DNA of 58,709 bases, from the NCBI GenBank assembly GCA_001275005.1, contig JWZX01003229.1, forward strand, positions 1-58,709. The letters run 5' to 3'. The position numbers and the translations under genes were made by a program. Shown here piece after piece: positions 58,007-58,709 of this stretch. The first letter of the stretch is position 1, and every line of letters begins with the position of its first letter. The DNA is from Chrysochromulina tobinii. Taxonomy: Eukaryota. A model generated the notes under the pieces. That model worked only from the letters and a program-made list of their open reading frames with translations, searched no databases and was not told the origin of the DNA.

Positions 58007-58709
58007 ATGAAGACCTTGCGAACAAAACGAAGCGTGAGTACTAAGGCTCGTCGCAAGCATTTCGAGCTTCTTCCCAGCGCTGAAGCTGCAGCAGCTGATG
58101 CTGCTGAAGACGATGATGTTGACGTGGACCGTCAGGTAGACATCAATCAACAGCGGCGTGGCGGTCATCAATCGCCCTCCGGAAAGGGCGATGTAGCGGC
58201 GGATGTTCCCGATGGCAACGACCTAGAGGACGTCGAGGGCAAGGACACCGGCCGTCGTGCGTGTGGTGAACCAGCAACGAGCACGTCGTTTGAGGTTGAG
58301 GCCGTTGGTGGCAACGACGGCGTGCAAGCTGTTGCGCCCGTGCGCAAGAAAGCTCTATCTGTGCTCATAATCTGCATCGGAGGGATCTTATTGGGAAGCG
58401 CGGCGTCGAGGCACGCCCTCTTGCACAGCGCGGAGAAGCGCACCACAATGTTAACTGCGATCGTGGAGCCGTCTTCAGCTGGTGCGAAGGACTCCGTGAA
58501 TGCCACGAGGACTTTGTTGCCAGCAGCTCCGCCTCCCTTCCCGCCGCCTCTCTTCCCGCCTCCCTTCCCGCCTCCCTTCCCGCCTCCCTTCTCGCCTCCC
58601 TTCCCGCCTCCATTCCCGCCTCCCCTCCTGCCGCCGGCGGCGCAACCGCATCCACCGTCACCTGCTCTTCCGCCGCTGGCATCGCCACGTCCGCCTCCGT
58701 CACCTCATT
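58007..58709 (+). CDS. 5' part of a type II membrane protein with a Pro-rich stalk (runs off the window; missing from the ORF track)
   Basis: Hand translation from the ATG at 58007: MKTLRTKRSVSTKARRKHFELLPSAEAAAADAAEDDD...KKALSVLIICIGGILLGSAA...APPPFPPPLFPPPFPP, with no stop before the window end. Confidence 0.72.
   Translation, partial: MKTLRTKRSVSTKARRKHFELLPSAEAAAADAAEDDDVDVDRQVDINQQRRGGHQSPSGKGDVAADVPDGNDLEDVEGKDTGRRACGEPATSTSFEVEAVGGNDGVQAVAPVRKKALSVLIICIGGILLGSAASRHALLHSAEKRTTMLTAIVEPSSAGAKDSVNATRTLLPAAPPPFPPPLFPPPFPPPFPPPFSPPFPPPFPPPLLPPAAQPHPPSPALPPLASPRPPPSPH

Noticed and set aside
57971..58703. Minus-strand ORFs with REAG repeats
   Set aside because: Antisense of the plus-strand Pro-rich CDS that starts at 58007.

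Overview
GC-rich eukaryotic genomic DNA, most likely from a haptophyte alga (Chrysochromulina/Prymnesium-like; inferred from gene content, codon use and intron style, not from a marker gene). The window holds an apparently intronless ~12.8 kb axonemal inner-arm dynein heavy chain broken by four single-base frameshifts that look like assembly errors, then about 18 smaller genes: a signal-peptide aldo/keto reductase, a DP (E2F partner) factor, two RNI-like LRR proteins, a PHD+SET methyltransferase, a GT29 sialyltransferase-like protein, a threonine dehydratase, an LRR receptor-like protein, a presenilin-like protease, two sulfotransferase-like proteins, a GT47 exostosin, a class-3 lipase and several hypothetical proteins. 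The most striking signal is in the introns. About 15 of ~21 introns that I could reconstruct by hand carry a copy (5-46 nt, perfect or degenerate) of their own flanking exon end or start. Most are filled with 10-11 nt and 23 nt tandem repeats that always read YTGAT/CTGAG (branch-point-like) on the transcribed strand and that also supply the 3' splice site. This points to an active intron-generating or intron-remodelling process at splice junctions. Two dispersed ~110-125 nt intergenic repeats sit just upstream of unrelated genes. No rRNA, tRNA, CRISPR array or transposase was recognised.
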